64,000 nt of DNA from Verrucomicrobiota bacterium. Its GTDB lineage: Bacteria; Verrucomicrobiota; Verrucomicrobiia; Opitutales; Seribacteraceae. Location: the NCBI GenBank assembly GCA_027622665.1, contig JAQBYT010000001.1, positions 320,001-384,000 of the forward strand, in the 5' to 3' direction. Of this stretch, positions 19,233-29,044 are shown piece after piece. The number at the start of each line of letters is the position of its first letter. Within the stretch, counting starts at the first letter, position 1. The position numbers were made by a program, and so were the translations under genes. Under the pieces are notes generated by a model. That model was not told where the DNA came from. It saw only the letters and a list, made by a program, of their open reading frames with translations, and did not search any database.

Positions 19233-20111
19233 TTACTTCCCCAAGAGGCTCTTTGCCTTATCGAGGGTTCTTTTTTCATCTTCCGTAAGGGAGCCGAATC
19301 CTTTTTCGTTAATTTTGTCGAGAATTCGGTCCACCTCCTGCTCGACCATCTCGCGATCATCAAGGTTCACGGAATAACCGGCCGGTGCTCCCGGTTTGCC
19401 TAATTGCTTAGAGATCTTCAGCCAAGAAGGTTTTTGTAGGCGCGGACGCTTCCCCGAGGAAATTCCGCCTGACCGAACATAACCAAAGAAAAACAGCCCT
19501 GCCAACATCCCGCCCAAATGGGCCGAGTGGGCAACTCCCGAACTGCCATTGAGCTCAGAAAACAGAAAGCCGTAAGTCTCGATGCCTAGAAGACTCCAAA
19601 GGATCCATTTCGGCTTGAGTGTGCAAGGAATCACGAAAAAGAGCAGCAGGGTGATAGGCTGCTCTGGCCTCCGCAGACAAAAAGTCGTAACGAAAGCCAT
19701 GGCAATCGCAGATGCGCCAACCAATCCGCCTCCGGCAATATTGAATATAAACCACAATAAGGCGCCCGATGCCGCTCCAGCCAGAGTCAACCAAGTCATC
19801 ATTTTCGGCCCAAGGTCATCTTCAAGGGCTCGTCCCATAAAAAAAATAGCCAAGAGGTTTAGGACCAGATGCCATGGCCCCTCATGCAGGCAAGCGTATG
19901 TGACAAGCGTCCACAATTTTCCGGAAAGAAATCCATCGGGCGTAAAGGCCGTCCATGAGAAAAATGTCACATTTGATTCATTGTCGCCCACGGCCTTCAC
20001 GATGGTTTGCAGGACGAAGCTCGCAATCAAAAGTACGAGCAAGAACTTGAGGAAGCTGCTAGCTCGTCCCCCAAAGCTAGGGGCTCTCATATAAGGCCTA
20101 TCGTAAAGCAT
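19233..20111 (-). CDS. rhomboid family serine protease with C-terminal helical domain
   Basis: LVGASA, AHSAHLGG, EVDRILDKI...SLTEDEKRTL tail. Confidence 0.93.
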   Translation of the reverse strand: MLYDRPYMRAPSFGGRASSFLKFLLVLLIASFVLQTIVKAVGDNESNVTFFSWTAFTPDGFLSGKLWTLVTYACLHEGPWHLVLNLLAIFFMGRALEDDLGPKMMTWLTLAGAASGALLWFIFNIAGGGLVGASAIAMAFVTTFCLRRPEQPITLLLFFVIPCTLKPKWILWSLLGIETYGFLFSELNGSSGVAHSAHLGGMLAGLFFFGYVRSGGISSGKRPRLQKPSWLKISKQLGKPGAPAGYSVNLDDREMVEQEVDRILDKINEKGFGSLTEDEKRTLDKAKSLLGK

Positions 20112-20248
20112 AGGTGAAATCTAATAGGGTGTCTGACAAAAGGGCAAACTAAGGTTGTCACTCTCGGTACATTGAATTTCCGACTTCTCGACAGAAATTG
20201 CAACCTTAAGAGATGCGACCAAAGACAAAATGGAAAAGGAAGCAAGGG

Positions 20249-21574
20249 CTACGATTGCAGGTCTTTCCGCATTGATTTCCAGAGCGACAGTCGTTCGCCA
20301 ATGGCCACTTCTGCCCCGGATTTTTTGGGAGAGTAAAGTTCGAGTTGCTCATCCAGGTAATCTTGTCCCGAAACATTTTCAGGGTAGTCATGACTGTAAA
20401 GGTACGATTTCTCGTTTGCGTTGCGGTTTTTTTTGTTGCGGCCATGCCTGTCTCGAATGGAGGAAGGAATAGACTGAAGGGGTTTTTCCCGTAAGGCTTG
20501 CTTGGCTTTGCCTAAAGCCAAGGTCGAACTGTTGCTCTTCGGGCAAGTCGCAAGAAAGAGGGTAATGTGAGCGAGATTCAATTCGCACTCGGGCAGACCA
20601 ATAATTTCGCACGCACGAAATGCCGCATCAGCAAGTAGCAAGGCCCTCGAATCCGCCAAGCCCACGTCCTCCGAGGCGAAAATGACCAATCGTCTTGCAA
20701 TGAAGCGAGGATCTTCCCCGCCAACCAACATCTTAGCCAACCAATAGAGAGCGGCGTCGGGGTCGTTGCCACGCATGCTTTTTATAAAAGCCGATGCGGT
20801 ATCGTAATGTTCGTCTTCATCCCGATCGTATCGAATGTTGCGCTCGCGACTAAAGACAGCCACCTCCTTGTCCGTCAGTTTTGCACCCACGGGCAAAGCC
20901 TCGACTATCGTTTCCAAGAAATTGTATCCTCGGCGAAGATCTCCCTCGGCCAGCAAAGCAATCTGCCCTAAAATCCCTTTATCGGCCACGCAAGACCGAG
21001 AACCAAGACCTCTTTCCTCGTCGTTCAAGGCCACAAGAAGCGCGTCTTCTATAACTGAGACCGATAACGGTTCCAAGGTGAACAGGTGGCAACGACTAAG
21101 CAAAGGGGCTATTACGTAATAACGCGGATTGTGAGTAGTGGCGCCGATAAGGCGAGCGTCACCCGACTCCACATCCGGCAGAAGCAAATCCTGTTGGGCT
21201 TTGTTGAATCTGTGAATCTCATCAATGAAAAGGTAGCAATTGGCAGAACCATAATAACGAGCGAGCTTGAGTGCATCTCGCAGTTCGGCGACATTTGAAG
21301 TCACGGCATTTATCTTCAAGAGCTTGCACCCGCTGTCGGCTGCGAAAACTGTCGCAAGAGTCGTTTTTCCAGAACCGGGAGGGCCTGCTAAAATCAAGTT
21401 GCCCAGCCGGTTTTCCTTGATCAAATTAGGGAGCAAACAACCCTCTCCCAATATATGTTCCTGACCCAAAACCTCAAGAATAGTGCACGGTCGCATTCTC
21501 TCGGCCAATGGCCTTCTGTTCTCGCTTACCTTCTCGGGCTCTTTCAAAAGCAAGTCTTTTTCGTCGTCTTCCAT
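20249..21574 (-). CDS. rarA: replication-associated recombination protein A (AAA+)
   Basis: PLAERMRP, GPPGSGKTT, FIDEIHRFNKAQQD, SAFIKSMRG, ASEDVGLAD; start re-called to ATG 21574. Confidence 0.96.
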   Translation of the reverse strand: MEDDEKDLLLKEPEKVSENRRPLAERMRPCTILEVLGQEHILGEGCLLPNLIKENRLGNLILAGPPGSGKTTLATVFAADSGCKLLKINAVTSNVAELRDALKLARYYGSANCYLFIDEIHRFNKAQQDLLLPDVESGDARLIGATTHNPRYYVIAPLLSRCHLFTLEPLSVSVIEDALLVALNDEERGLGSRSCVADKGILGQIALLAEGDLRRGYNFLETIVEALPVGAKLTDKEVAVFSRERNIRYDRDEDEHYDTASAFIKSMRGNDPDAALYWLAKMLVGGEDPRFIARRLVIFASEDVGLADSRALLLADAAFRACEIIGLPECELNLAHITLFLATCPKSNSSTLALGKAKQALREKPLQSIPSSIRDRHGRNKKNRNANEKSYLYSHDYPENVSGQDYLDEQLELYSPKKSGAEVAIGERLSLWKSMRKDLQS

Positions 21575-21618
21575 TTCGAAAAATATCCAAGCACGGAGAA
21601 GCAATTGCAGCAAGCGTT

Positions 21619-23286
21619 GTGATAAGGATTTCAGAAATCGACCCAGCCGTACCATTGCGGGCGCCATTGCTTTGGGTCCTGCTTCCATGGATCGGCGGGT
21701 TGGTCGCGGCGGATATCTTGATGCCACATGAGATTATGCCCGTTTTTGCCGTTGGCCTAGTTTTTTCTCTCGTAGGGATATGGGCCGTTGCGCGTCAAAA
21801 GTGTGCACGATGGTTGTGGGCTGTTTTCTTTATCGGAGGAGTATTCTGCCTGTCAGCCACGAGATACCTTCAAGTGGAAGGCTCTCGTAAAACTACATCT
21901 AACTTGCTCGACTTGCCCCAGCGAGAACTAGTTTTCGACATCCACATTGAGCGCCTCTTCGATCAAAAAAATGATTCGGTGAAGTTTTCCGGGCTTGGCC
22001 ATGTTCGAGGGACACCCGATGTCCGACGTGATCTAATAGGCAAACGGATCTATTTTCGACTAGCCTGCAAAAATCAAGGCAACGAACCGATCGAAGGTGA
22101 CAGAATACGGGCTTTGGGCGTGCTATATCCGATCCAAGATGGCGATGACAGTTCATTTACCCGCCTCCTTCTCGCCAAAGGCATCCAATACGAGTTTCGA
22201 CGGGGTGAAATTTCAGAAAAGATCGTTCCCGCAAGTTCATTCGCTCACTTTTGTCGTAATTCAAATCGAGACATTGAGAAACTGTTACGTTTCGGAGCCG
22301 AACCGGAAGACGAACTCGTCGCGGGAATTGCCGTCGCCATGCTTCTTGGGAAAAAAGCCGCAATCCCGCGGGATCAAAAAGAGCGCTTTATCCTCGCGGG
22401 AGCTATGCACCTTTTCGCCATAAGCGGTCTTCACATAGCCATCGTGGCTGGTTTGCTTATATTATTACTGCGACTGGTCCCTGGCCCGAGGTGGATTGAG
22501 ACGGGCCTTATGTTGACCCTGTTATACCTCTATGTCCAAATTACGGGTGGTACTCCGTCGGCCCAACGCGCTTTCATTATGATCGCGTTTTGGAAGGCTT
22601 CGGACATTGCGGGAATGAGGGGAGGGGCATTTCAGGCACTCGTAACTTCCGCATTGTTCGTGCTGGCAATAGACCCAGGGCAGTTTTGGGACAAAGGCTT
22701 TCAGCTTTCTTATGCCGTAGTCTTCTCCATAATTCTGTATGGTGGCCCTCTAGGACAAAGGCTGCAGGTTGCTTTGAGGCCTTGGCGATTCCTTTCGGAT
22801 GAAGAATTATCGGGTCACCGCAAAGCAGGAGTTCAAATATGTCATTGGTTTTTTGGGGCTCTTGCCATAAGCACTGCGGCGACCTTGGCCAGTTCACCAC
22901 TCGCCGCAGACGCCTTTGGAGTTTTTTCTCCGGGAGGTATTCTGTTGAATGTATTTCTTGTTTTTTTAGCCATTGGAGCAATTTGGTTGGCCGTGTTTTC
23001 CCTGCCGTTCGGGGCATGCGGTTTTGATTTTCTTCACGAAATCGATTGGTGCATCATACGATTGATGGATTTCCTCGTAAATTTCTTTATTAAAATTCCG
23101 GGCTTTTTCTATCGTGCGGAAGTGGAAGCCTCATGGGCGCCTGCAATAACTAGCTTCGCCTATCTCGGCGTATGCCTTGCATTAGCTCGCAGGTTGCCGT
23201 CATCATCTGCATTCGTCTTTTTTGCCGCACCGGCATGCATTGCCTTTTTTGTTGCATTTGGGACCAACCTGTCTTTGGGAAACTAA
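21619..23286 (+). CDS. comEC: ComEC/Rec2 competence protein (no C-terminal beta-lactamase-like domain)
   Basis: HLFAISGLH, PSAQRA, GFQLSY; many TM helices; start (GTG 21619) uncertain. Confidence 0.9.
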   Translation: MIRISEIDPAVPLRAPLLWVLLPWIGGLVAADILMPHEIMPVFAVGLVFSLVGIWAVARQKCARWLWAVFFIGGVFCLSATRYLQVEGSRKTTSNLLDLPQRELVFDIHIERLFDQKNDSVKFSGLGHVRGTPDVRRDLIGKRIYFRLACKNQGNEPIEGDRIRALGVLYPIQDGDDSSFTRLLLAKGIQYEFRRGEISEKIVPASSFAHFCRNSNRDIEKLLRFGAEPEDELVAGIAVAMLLGKKAAIPRDQKERFILAGAMHLFAISGLHIAIVAGLLILLLRLVPGPRWIETGLMLTLLYLYVQITGGTPSAQRAFIMIAFWKASDIAGMRGGAFQALVTSALFVLAIDPGQFWDKGFQLSYAVVFSIILYGGPLGQRLQVALRPWRFLSDEELSGHRKAGVQICHWFFGALAISTAATLASSPLAADAFGVFSPGGILLNVFLVFLAIGAIWLAVFSLPFGACGFDFLHEIDWCIIRLMDFLVNFFIKIPGFFYRAEVEASWAPAITSFAYLGVCLALARRLPSSSAFVFFAAPACIAFFVAFGTNLSLGN

Positions 23287-23290
23287 TGTT

Positions 23291-23566
23291 ATGAAAAGTG
23301 CATACGAATTAGCCATGGAGCGTTTTGACGGAGATGATGAATCCGAACCTCTCTCCAAAGACCAAAAAGCGGAAATTGCCGAAATCTCATCCAAATATAA
23401 GGCTAAGATCGCCGGTCGGACAATATTCCTAGAAAAGAATATCGCGGACTCCATCGCCTCAGGTGACGAAGAGGGGGCGGATAAGATTCGCCAGCAAATC
23501 GCCTACGAAACCTCCACTCTGGAGGAAGAGGCCGAACAGGCCAAGGAGAGGGCTAGAAAAGGCTGA
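23291..23566 (+). CDS. small helical hypothetical protein
   Basis: MKSAYELAMERF..., coiled-coil-like; ATG 4 nt after the comEC stop. Confidence 0.75.
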   Translation: MKSAYELAMERFDGDDESEPLSKDQKAEIAEISSKYKAKIAGRTIFLEKNIADSIASGDEEGADKIRQQIAYETSTLEEEAEQAKERARKG

Positions 23567-23715
23567 AGCTTAGCTTGCCTGAAACGACTTGGACATAATC
23601 CCACAAGGAGAGTGTCGCACAACAACATTTAGCCGAACAACAAGTTTCTGCTTCGTGACTCGAACCAATGAGCCACATTCTGCTTAGAAAGAGAAGATGT
23701 AGAGCAACAAAAAAA

Positions 23716-24882
23716 TCAACTCCTCGAGTGAACGGGGAAGTCATCAGGTAGTTTTCTTGCGAACCAAAACCAAGTATTGCCCTTAGATATCGCAGAAAAT
23801 TCCACGATCCTGTGCCCGCCCTCTTTTTTGCTGAGCCGAATGGTAATGTCTCTTAGGTTCTGCCCCTGAGTAATTTGGCCCAACGCTTCTCGACCGATTA
23901 CCAAATCCTGCGGGTCTACAAAGTTAAAGAAGGGTTTGTCGATAAATTCGGTTGCCGACCACCCCAAAAACTCAGCCCACCCATCGCTATCGCCATGAAA
24001 AAAGACTTCGCCGTCCTTAACCTGGATGATTCCGCTGAAATCAGCATCTTGCGAAAGCTCATCTAAAGTAAACTCCCCGCGCATGCGAGACTGAGCGGTC
24101 GGATTCTTCATTTTGTGATAATGCCTAGGCGTAACTCCTACGCGCTTTTTAAAGGCTCTGTGAAAATAGTGTATACTCTCGAAACCGCAGTTTGCCGAAA
24201 TTTCTTTTACGCTTACACGCACGTTTGACAACAAGGTCTTGGCGCGTTCAATGCGCTCGCGAATCAAGTCTTCAGTAGGGCTTACTCCAAATTCATTCTT
24301 GAAAAGGGCCGCAAAGCGACTCGAACTTAAATTTGCCAATCGTGCCATTTCCTCGATAGCCCAATGCTCGACCATCCGTTCGTGTACTTCAGCTCTTACC
24401 TCTCGAAGTACATGAGAGTGGTCGGAAGAAAAAGACGAGAGGTCGTCCTTTGCATAACGAGAAAGTTTCAGGATGAATTCCTCCAACGCCAAAGTGGCAA
24501 TGCGTTCCCAATTGAGTTCGCGACGCAAACTTTCGGTCTTCATCTTTTCAAATAAAGACGAGATGAAATGTGTTCGATAAGGATAAAAGACTTCATTCAT
24601 CAAAAATCCGCCTGTGAGTGCAATTTTTTCAGACGATGATCCTGAAAAGGTCAAATAGTCATTCGACCAACGATCTCCCGCCCCCCTATAATATTGCGGG
24701 TTCTGAGGAGTATACATTACGCAGGCCCCTGGCTCGGCTTCAGTCAGGCCAGAAGATGTTTTGACCAACGCTGGGCTAAGAAAATGTATGAATGTATATT
24801 CGTTGGAACCTTCGAGGATATCGACCACATGGTTCTCCGAGTGCTCAACTGAGCTATCGCAATTGTTTATTTGTAGTTTCAC
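23716..24882 (-). CDS. AraC-family regulator with C-terminal PAS-like domain
   Basis: N-terminal cupin-like region, double HTH (MARLANLSSSRFAALFKNEFGVSP; ISANCGFESIHYFHRAFKKRVGVTP), then LGWSATEFIDKPFFNFVDPQD. Confidence 0.88.
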   Translation of the reverse strand: MKLQINNCDSSVEHSENHVVDILEGSNEYTFIHFLSPALVKTSSGLTEAEPGACVMYTPQNPQYYRGAGDRWSNDYLTFSGSSSEKIALTGGFLMNEVFYPYRTHFISSLFEKMKTESLRRELNWERIATLALEEFILKLSRYAKDDLSSFSSDHSHVLREVRAEVHERMVEHWAIEEMARLANLSSSRFAALFKNEFGVSPTEDLIRERIERAKTLLSNVRVSVKEISANCGFESIHYFHRAFKKRVGVTPRHYHKMKNPTAQSRMRGEFTLDELSQDADFSGIIQVKDGEVFFHGDSDGWAEFLGWSATEFIDKPFFNFVDPQDLVIGREALGQITQGQNLRDITIRLSKKEGGHRIVEFSAISKGNTWFWFARKLPDDFPVHSRS

Positions 24883-25083
24883 TTTTTCTTCTTTCTTTTG
24901 ATTAAAAGCAGGGAATTGTATCCAGATTAAATTAACAGGATTAGTTCATCTCGAAAGCTTAAATGCTGCACTGATACTGAAATGTTTAGTTTCTGTCAAT
25001 TGGATAAGGCAATCAATAGGTCGCATTTTTGTTTTGCATTTGGGCAGTCGATTCCTATTTATAAATAAACTTCTGCATTCTTT

Positions 25084-25106
25084 GTAATCTTTTATTAAAA
25101 GATTAC
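25084..25106. promoter_or_regulatory. perfect 23-bp palindrome, probable operator
   Basis: GTAATCTTTTA-T-TAAAAGATTAC: 11-bp arms, ending 29 nt before ATG 25136. Confidence 0.65.
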
Positions 25107-25135
25107 GGAAAAACAAATCACACGAAAATTAGAAA

Positions 25136-25384
25136 ATGACTGCTCGCAAAGCATCCAAACCCAAAAAAGAATCAAAATCGTTTACCACCCGAATCTCTTT
25201 GGAGACTTGGGAAAAGGTCGACTCATACAAAAAGTATGGCAACTGGAACACAAATCAGTTGATGAACCATGCGCTCCTCTCTTTCTTCGAAGTAATTGAA
25301 TCCAAGGAGAAGAGCCCTAGATTACCACTGATTTGCGAAACTTTGCGCGATCTTGTTTCACGCACCCGAGCACGCTTCAAGTAA
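25136..25384 (+). CDS. small ribbon-helix-helix-like DNA-binding protein
   Basis: Basic N-terminus then SFTTRISLETWEKVDSY...NTNQLMNHALLSFF, fitting the strand-helix-helix pattern (fold inferred). Confidence 0.6.
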   Translation: MTARKASKPKKESKSFTTRISLETWEKVDSYKKYGNWNTNQLMNHALLSFFEVIESKEKSPRLPLICETLRDLVSRTRARFK

Positions 25385-25555
25385 GGTATTGCTGGCAAGA
25401 AATCTTCCTAGGTGTTATATTCTCCTCGCAATTGCGAATTGCTGGGAATTTCTTACCTTGAGAGCATTGTAGAAGCGACAATAGGCCGAATAGAAATTTC
25501 AGGGTTCGAGTTTAGGTTTGCCCGCTCGAAAAGCTAATGCACCCTGCTTTGCATT

Positions 25556-26983
25556 ATGAGTGATGCGAAAGAAAATCATCTTTGCCTTCAGGACACGATG
25601 TCTAGGAGTAAGTGTAAAGTTTTTGCCGAAAAAGAAGGCGTGCTTCGATTCTACTGCTGTGGCCCGACTGTATACGGGGCGGCTCACATAGGAAATTTTC
25701 GAACATTTGCCGCTCAGGATTTATTTCGAAGGGTCACGGAATACAATGGTTTGAAAACCTTGCATGTCCGCAACCTAACGGATGTCGACGACAAAACCAT
25801 TCGCGACTCGATAAAGGCGGGGCAGCAGCTAAAGAAGTTCACCACATACTGGACAGACCGTTTTCATAACGACTGCGAGTCACTTGGTTTGCTAAAACCG
25901 CATGTCGAGCCTAGTGCGGTCGCCCATATAGCTCAACAGATTCAGCTAGTAGAGAAGCTTCTTCAACGCGGACACGCCTATACTGCAGAAGATGGTTCCG
26001 TATACTTTCGAATTTCCTCTTTTGGTGAATATGGCAAACTCTCGAAGCTGAAATCCCGAGATCTTTCTGCGGGAGCAAGCCGCCGAACCACGTCGGACGA
26101 CGAATACTCAAAGGAGTCTTTAGGGGATTTCGCCCTCTGGAAAGGAAGAAGGGAGGAAGACGGCGAGAATTTCTGGAACAGCCCATGGGGCGAGGGAAGG
26201 CCAGGTTGGCATATTGAGTGTAGTGCCATGTGCAGAGAATATCTAGGAGATTCATTCGATCTCCATTCGGGTGGAGAGGATCTTGTTTTTCCTCACCACG
26301 AAAACGAGATCGCCCAAAGCATATGTTCATCGGGGAAACCTCTCGCCAGACATTGGTTTCATATTGCGCACCTAATGGTGGATGGGGGGAAAATGAGCAA
26401 AAGCCTGGGTAACATGTACACCTTGGACGACTTGAGAGAAAAAGGGCATGACCCTGAGATTGTAAGATATGCACTGCTCTCGGGTCACTACAGGCAACCG
26501 CTTAACTTTACCATTTCATCACTGGAGGCAGCTCGTTCGGCACTTGGAAAACTCCTTAAAGCCCACAACCTTCTTGGCGGGGGCGATCCGCCTTCCTATG
26601 AGGAGTCATTAGCTAGAGGCTCATCCGAACTGGGCCCCTTCCGCGCTGCCTGGGAAGCCTTGTTGGACGATCTGAATACACCAAAGGCTCTCGGAGCCCT
26701 TTTTTCCGCAGTAAACAATATCGACCCCGAAGGGTTGGCGAACGATGAAAAAGATGTTCTGCGGAGGTCATTTTGGTTTGTTCTAAATGCATTCGGAATT
26801 TGTCTGCCAAAATCCGATGCTCCAAAAGATCCTCCTGCGGAAATTAAGGAGTTGGCGGAAAAAAGACTTCAGGCGAGATTGACAAAAAACTGGGCCGAAG
26901 CCGATAAACTTCGGGAAAAGCTCGACGAGGCGGGATGGTTGGTCAAAGATCTACTTACGGGTTTCGAGCTTATTCCTAAGTAG
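25556..26983 (+). CDS. cysS: cysteine--tRNA ligase
   Basis: CGPTVY, HIGN, DFALWK, GRPGWHIECS, FPHHENE, KMSKS. Confidence 0.98.
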   Translation: MSDAKENHLCLQDTMSRSKCKVFAEKEGVLRFYCCGPTVYGAAHIGNFRTFAAQDLFRRVTEYNGLKTLHVRNLTDVDDKTIRDSIKAGQQLKKFTTYWTDRFHNDCESLGLLKPHVEPSAVAHIAQQIQLVEKLLQRGHAYTAEDGSVYFRISSFGEYGKLSKLKSRDLSAGASRRTTSDDEYSKESLGDFALWKGRREEDGENFWNSPWGEGRPGWHIECSAMCREYLGDSFDLHSGGEDLVFPHHENEIAQSICSSGKPLARHWFHIAHLMVDGGKMSKSLGNMYTLDDLREKGHDPEIVRYALLSGHYRQPLNFTISSLEAARSALGKLLKAHNLLGGGDPPSYEESLARGSSELGPFRAAWEALLDDLNTPKALGALFSAVNNIDPEGLANDEKDVLRRSFWFVLNAFGICLPKSDAPKDPPAEIKELAEKRLQARLTKNWAEADKLREKLDEAGWLVKDLLTGFELIPK

Positions 26984-27038
26984 TCAAAAAGATTGATGGA
27001 GGGGTGAACTCAATAAGGAAAAAATCTTTTCCGAATTC

Positions 27039-27920
27039 TTATTTCCGGATTAAGGTAAGCTGCGACCACTCTCCTTCGTCTTTTCTTCGCAGGATGAAGC
27101 TTGAGCCTAAGCGATTGATGGTATCTTGAAAGGTTTCGGCTGTCTTTTTAGCTTCAACAGACAAGATTCCAGACAGGGCAAGGAGTCCTTGCGAGCGAAC
27201 GGCACATAGCAACAGTTCAGCATTCGCACAAAGTACATCTGCCTGTATGTTTGCCAGTACAAGATCGGCACTTTCCGAAAAAAGTCCTCCTGCTATATCG
27301 TTCGTGGTAAAACTGACATCGCCACCCATCCCATTTGCCGTAGCGTTTTCGATGGAAATTCGGACGGCATCGGGATCGATATCAACACCTTTCACATTTC
27401 CCGCCCCAAGTAACTTGGCGGATAAAGCGAGTATTCCTGAACCGCAACCTACGTCGATACAACTAAGCCTCCCGGGATCGGTCTCTTCGAAAAACTCAAT
27501 GATCGCACCTAAGCACAGGCGAGTAGTTTCGTGAAGTCCCGTGCCAAAAGCCATTCCGGGATCGACGTACAGTGCCTGTTCCCCCTCCGGCAAGACATAG
27601 GTTGCACGCTCCCACTCAGGCACAAGATGCAAGGGACCGATGCTCCAAGGATGGAAATGTTCTTTGTAAGCTTCTTTCCAGTCACGATCCTCGACAGTTG
27701 AAAGCTCGAGCGAGAGGGATTCGACAAATGCGGGAAACCTTTGGGACAGGCTAGTCCACTCAGCAAGAGCCAGCTCTCGGTTGTCGAAAAAACCCTCAAG
27801 CGTTCCCTCGTCCGAAAGTCTATTTATCTGCAAACACCAGTTACTGGGAGCCAATTCCCATAAGAGGTCTTCCAGCGGAGGGATGAGCTCCGTGGACAAC
27901 GGGAGAGTCGCCTTGATCAT
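27039..27920 (-). CDS. prmA: ribosomal protein L11 methyltransferase
   Basis: DPGMAFGTGLHETT, DVGCGSGIL, DIDP, ANI, SGIL. Confidence 0.95.
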   Translation of the reverse strand: MIKATLPLSTELIPPLEDLLWELAPSNWCLQINRLSDEGTLEGFFDNRELALAEWTSLSQRFPAFVESLSLELSTVEDRDWKEAYKEHFHPWSIGPLHLVPEWERATYVLPEGEQALYVDPGMAFGTGLHETTRLCLGAIIEFFEETDPGRLSCIDVGCGSGILALSAKLLGAGNVKGVDIDPDAVRISIENATANGMGGDVSFTTNDIAGGLFSESADLVLANIQADVLCANAELLLCAVRSQGLLALSGILSVEAKKTAETFQDTINRLGSSFILRRKDEGEWSQLTLIRK

Positions 27921-28519
27921 TCCCCGGGAAAGGGGGTAGCGCCAATGGCAAGATCTCGAATTACCGAGGGCAAGACCACATGTTCCGCTCCATGTATCTT
28001 TTGCTCCAGCAGTTCGTAAGTATCGCCAGGCATAACTCGCACGGGAGCCTGTGCAATAATTTCGCCGCCATCCACCACTTCATTCACCCAATGAATAGTA
28101 CAACCCGTTATTTTCACGCCACGAACAAAGGCTTGTCGAATAGCTTCAAGTCCGGGAAAACCGGGCAACAAGCTCGGGTGGATATTAATTATCTTATCCG
28201 AGAATGCTTGAAGAAATGGCCCTTTTAAAATGCGCATGAATCCGGCAAGAACGATGAGGTCGGGAGCATCCTTTTTGATCGTTTCAATCCAAAGGTTTTC
28301 GGACTCCCCGTGAAGACTAGCCCGTCGGGAAGGAGCTGACAAATGGCTGTTCTTGACCTCGTAATGAGCGGCTTTTTCTAGAATACCCGCATGTTGAACA
28401 TCGCTATATACGGCAACGACCTGAGCGGGGGCGAGCTGACCTGCCGACGCCGCACATAGGATGGCCTCCGCATTTGTTCCAGAACCTGATCCTAATATGA
28501 CGACCCTCATGTTTGACAT
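27917..28519 (-). CDS. purN: phosphoribosylglycinamide formyltransferase
   Basis: GSGSGTN, LAGFMRIL, NIHPSLLP, GCTIHWV, DGGEII. Confidence 0.95.
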   Translation of the reverse strand: MSNMRVVILGSGSGTNAEAILCAASAGQLAPAQVVAVYSDVQHAGILEKAAHYEVKNSHLSAPSRRASLHGESENLWIETIKKDAPDLIVLAGFMRILKGPFLQAFSDKIINIHPSLLPGFPGLEAIRQAFVRGVKITGCTIHWVNEVVDGGEIIAQAPVRVMPGDTYELLEQKIHGAEHVVLPSVIRDLAIGATPFPGE

Positions 28520-28531
28520 TGCGGGCAAGTT

Positions 28532-29044
28532 TTAGATTTCGGGCAAGCCTTTAATTTTCTGCAAAAGTCCGGTAGTTCCGCAGCCTTCAAGAAATGGCAG
28601 AAAGTGAATTTCGGAACCCACTTGCTCTAAGGATTCGCGTTCACTTTGGTCCATCGTCTGCAGACAGTAATCGCCAGATTTAGCATAGGCATCGGGTGAT
28701 AGAGCTTTGATTTCAGAGCTTATTCTCTTTCCGTCAAAAAGAAATACTCCTGATACGCTTTTTAGAGAAAGAAGAGCATAGGCGCGTTCGCGTTCTCCTT
28801 GCACGGGACGAGAAGAGCCCTTGAGAACTCGGACACTTAAGTCTGAATTGAGGGCGACCCAAAGATGGTTTCCCAATGCCGCAGATTGCTCCAAGCAATA
28901 GATGTGTCCGGCATGAAGTAGGTCGAAGCATCCGTTGGTGAGGACAAAAGTCTCGTTCTGCAAGTTAACTTTTTGACGAAATTCCACGGATTCCTTAAGC
29001 GAAGAAACTCCGACCAGAAGATCATCTAAGGTCGTCACCTTCAA
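28532..29044 (-). CDS. HldE/RfaE-type heptose-1-phosphate adenylyltransferase (cytidylyltransferase family)
   Basis: [34 protein letters not shown] start overlapping the dnaJ stop. Confidence 0.85.
   Translation of the reverse strand: MKVTTLDDLLVGVSSLKESVEFRQKVNLQNETFVLTNGCFDLLHAGHIYCLEQSAALGNHLWVALNSDLSVRVLKGSSRPVQGERERAYALLSLKSVSGVFLFDGKRISSEIKALSPDAYAKSGDYCLQTMDQSERESLEQVGSEIHFLPFLEGCGTTGLLQKIKGLPEI

Noticed and set aside
25385..25555. T-box riboswitch upstream of cysS
   Set aside because: No T-box consensus (GGTGGNACCGCG) or terminator.
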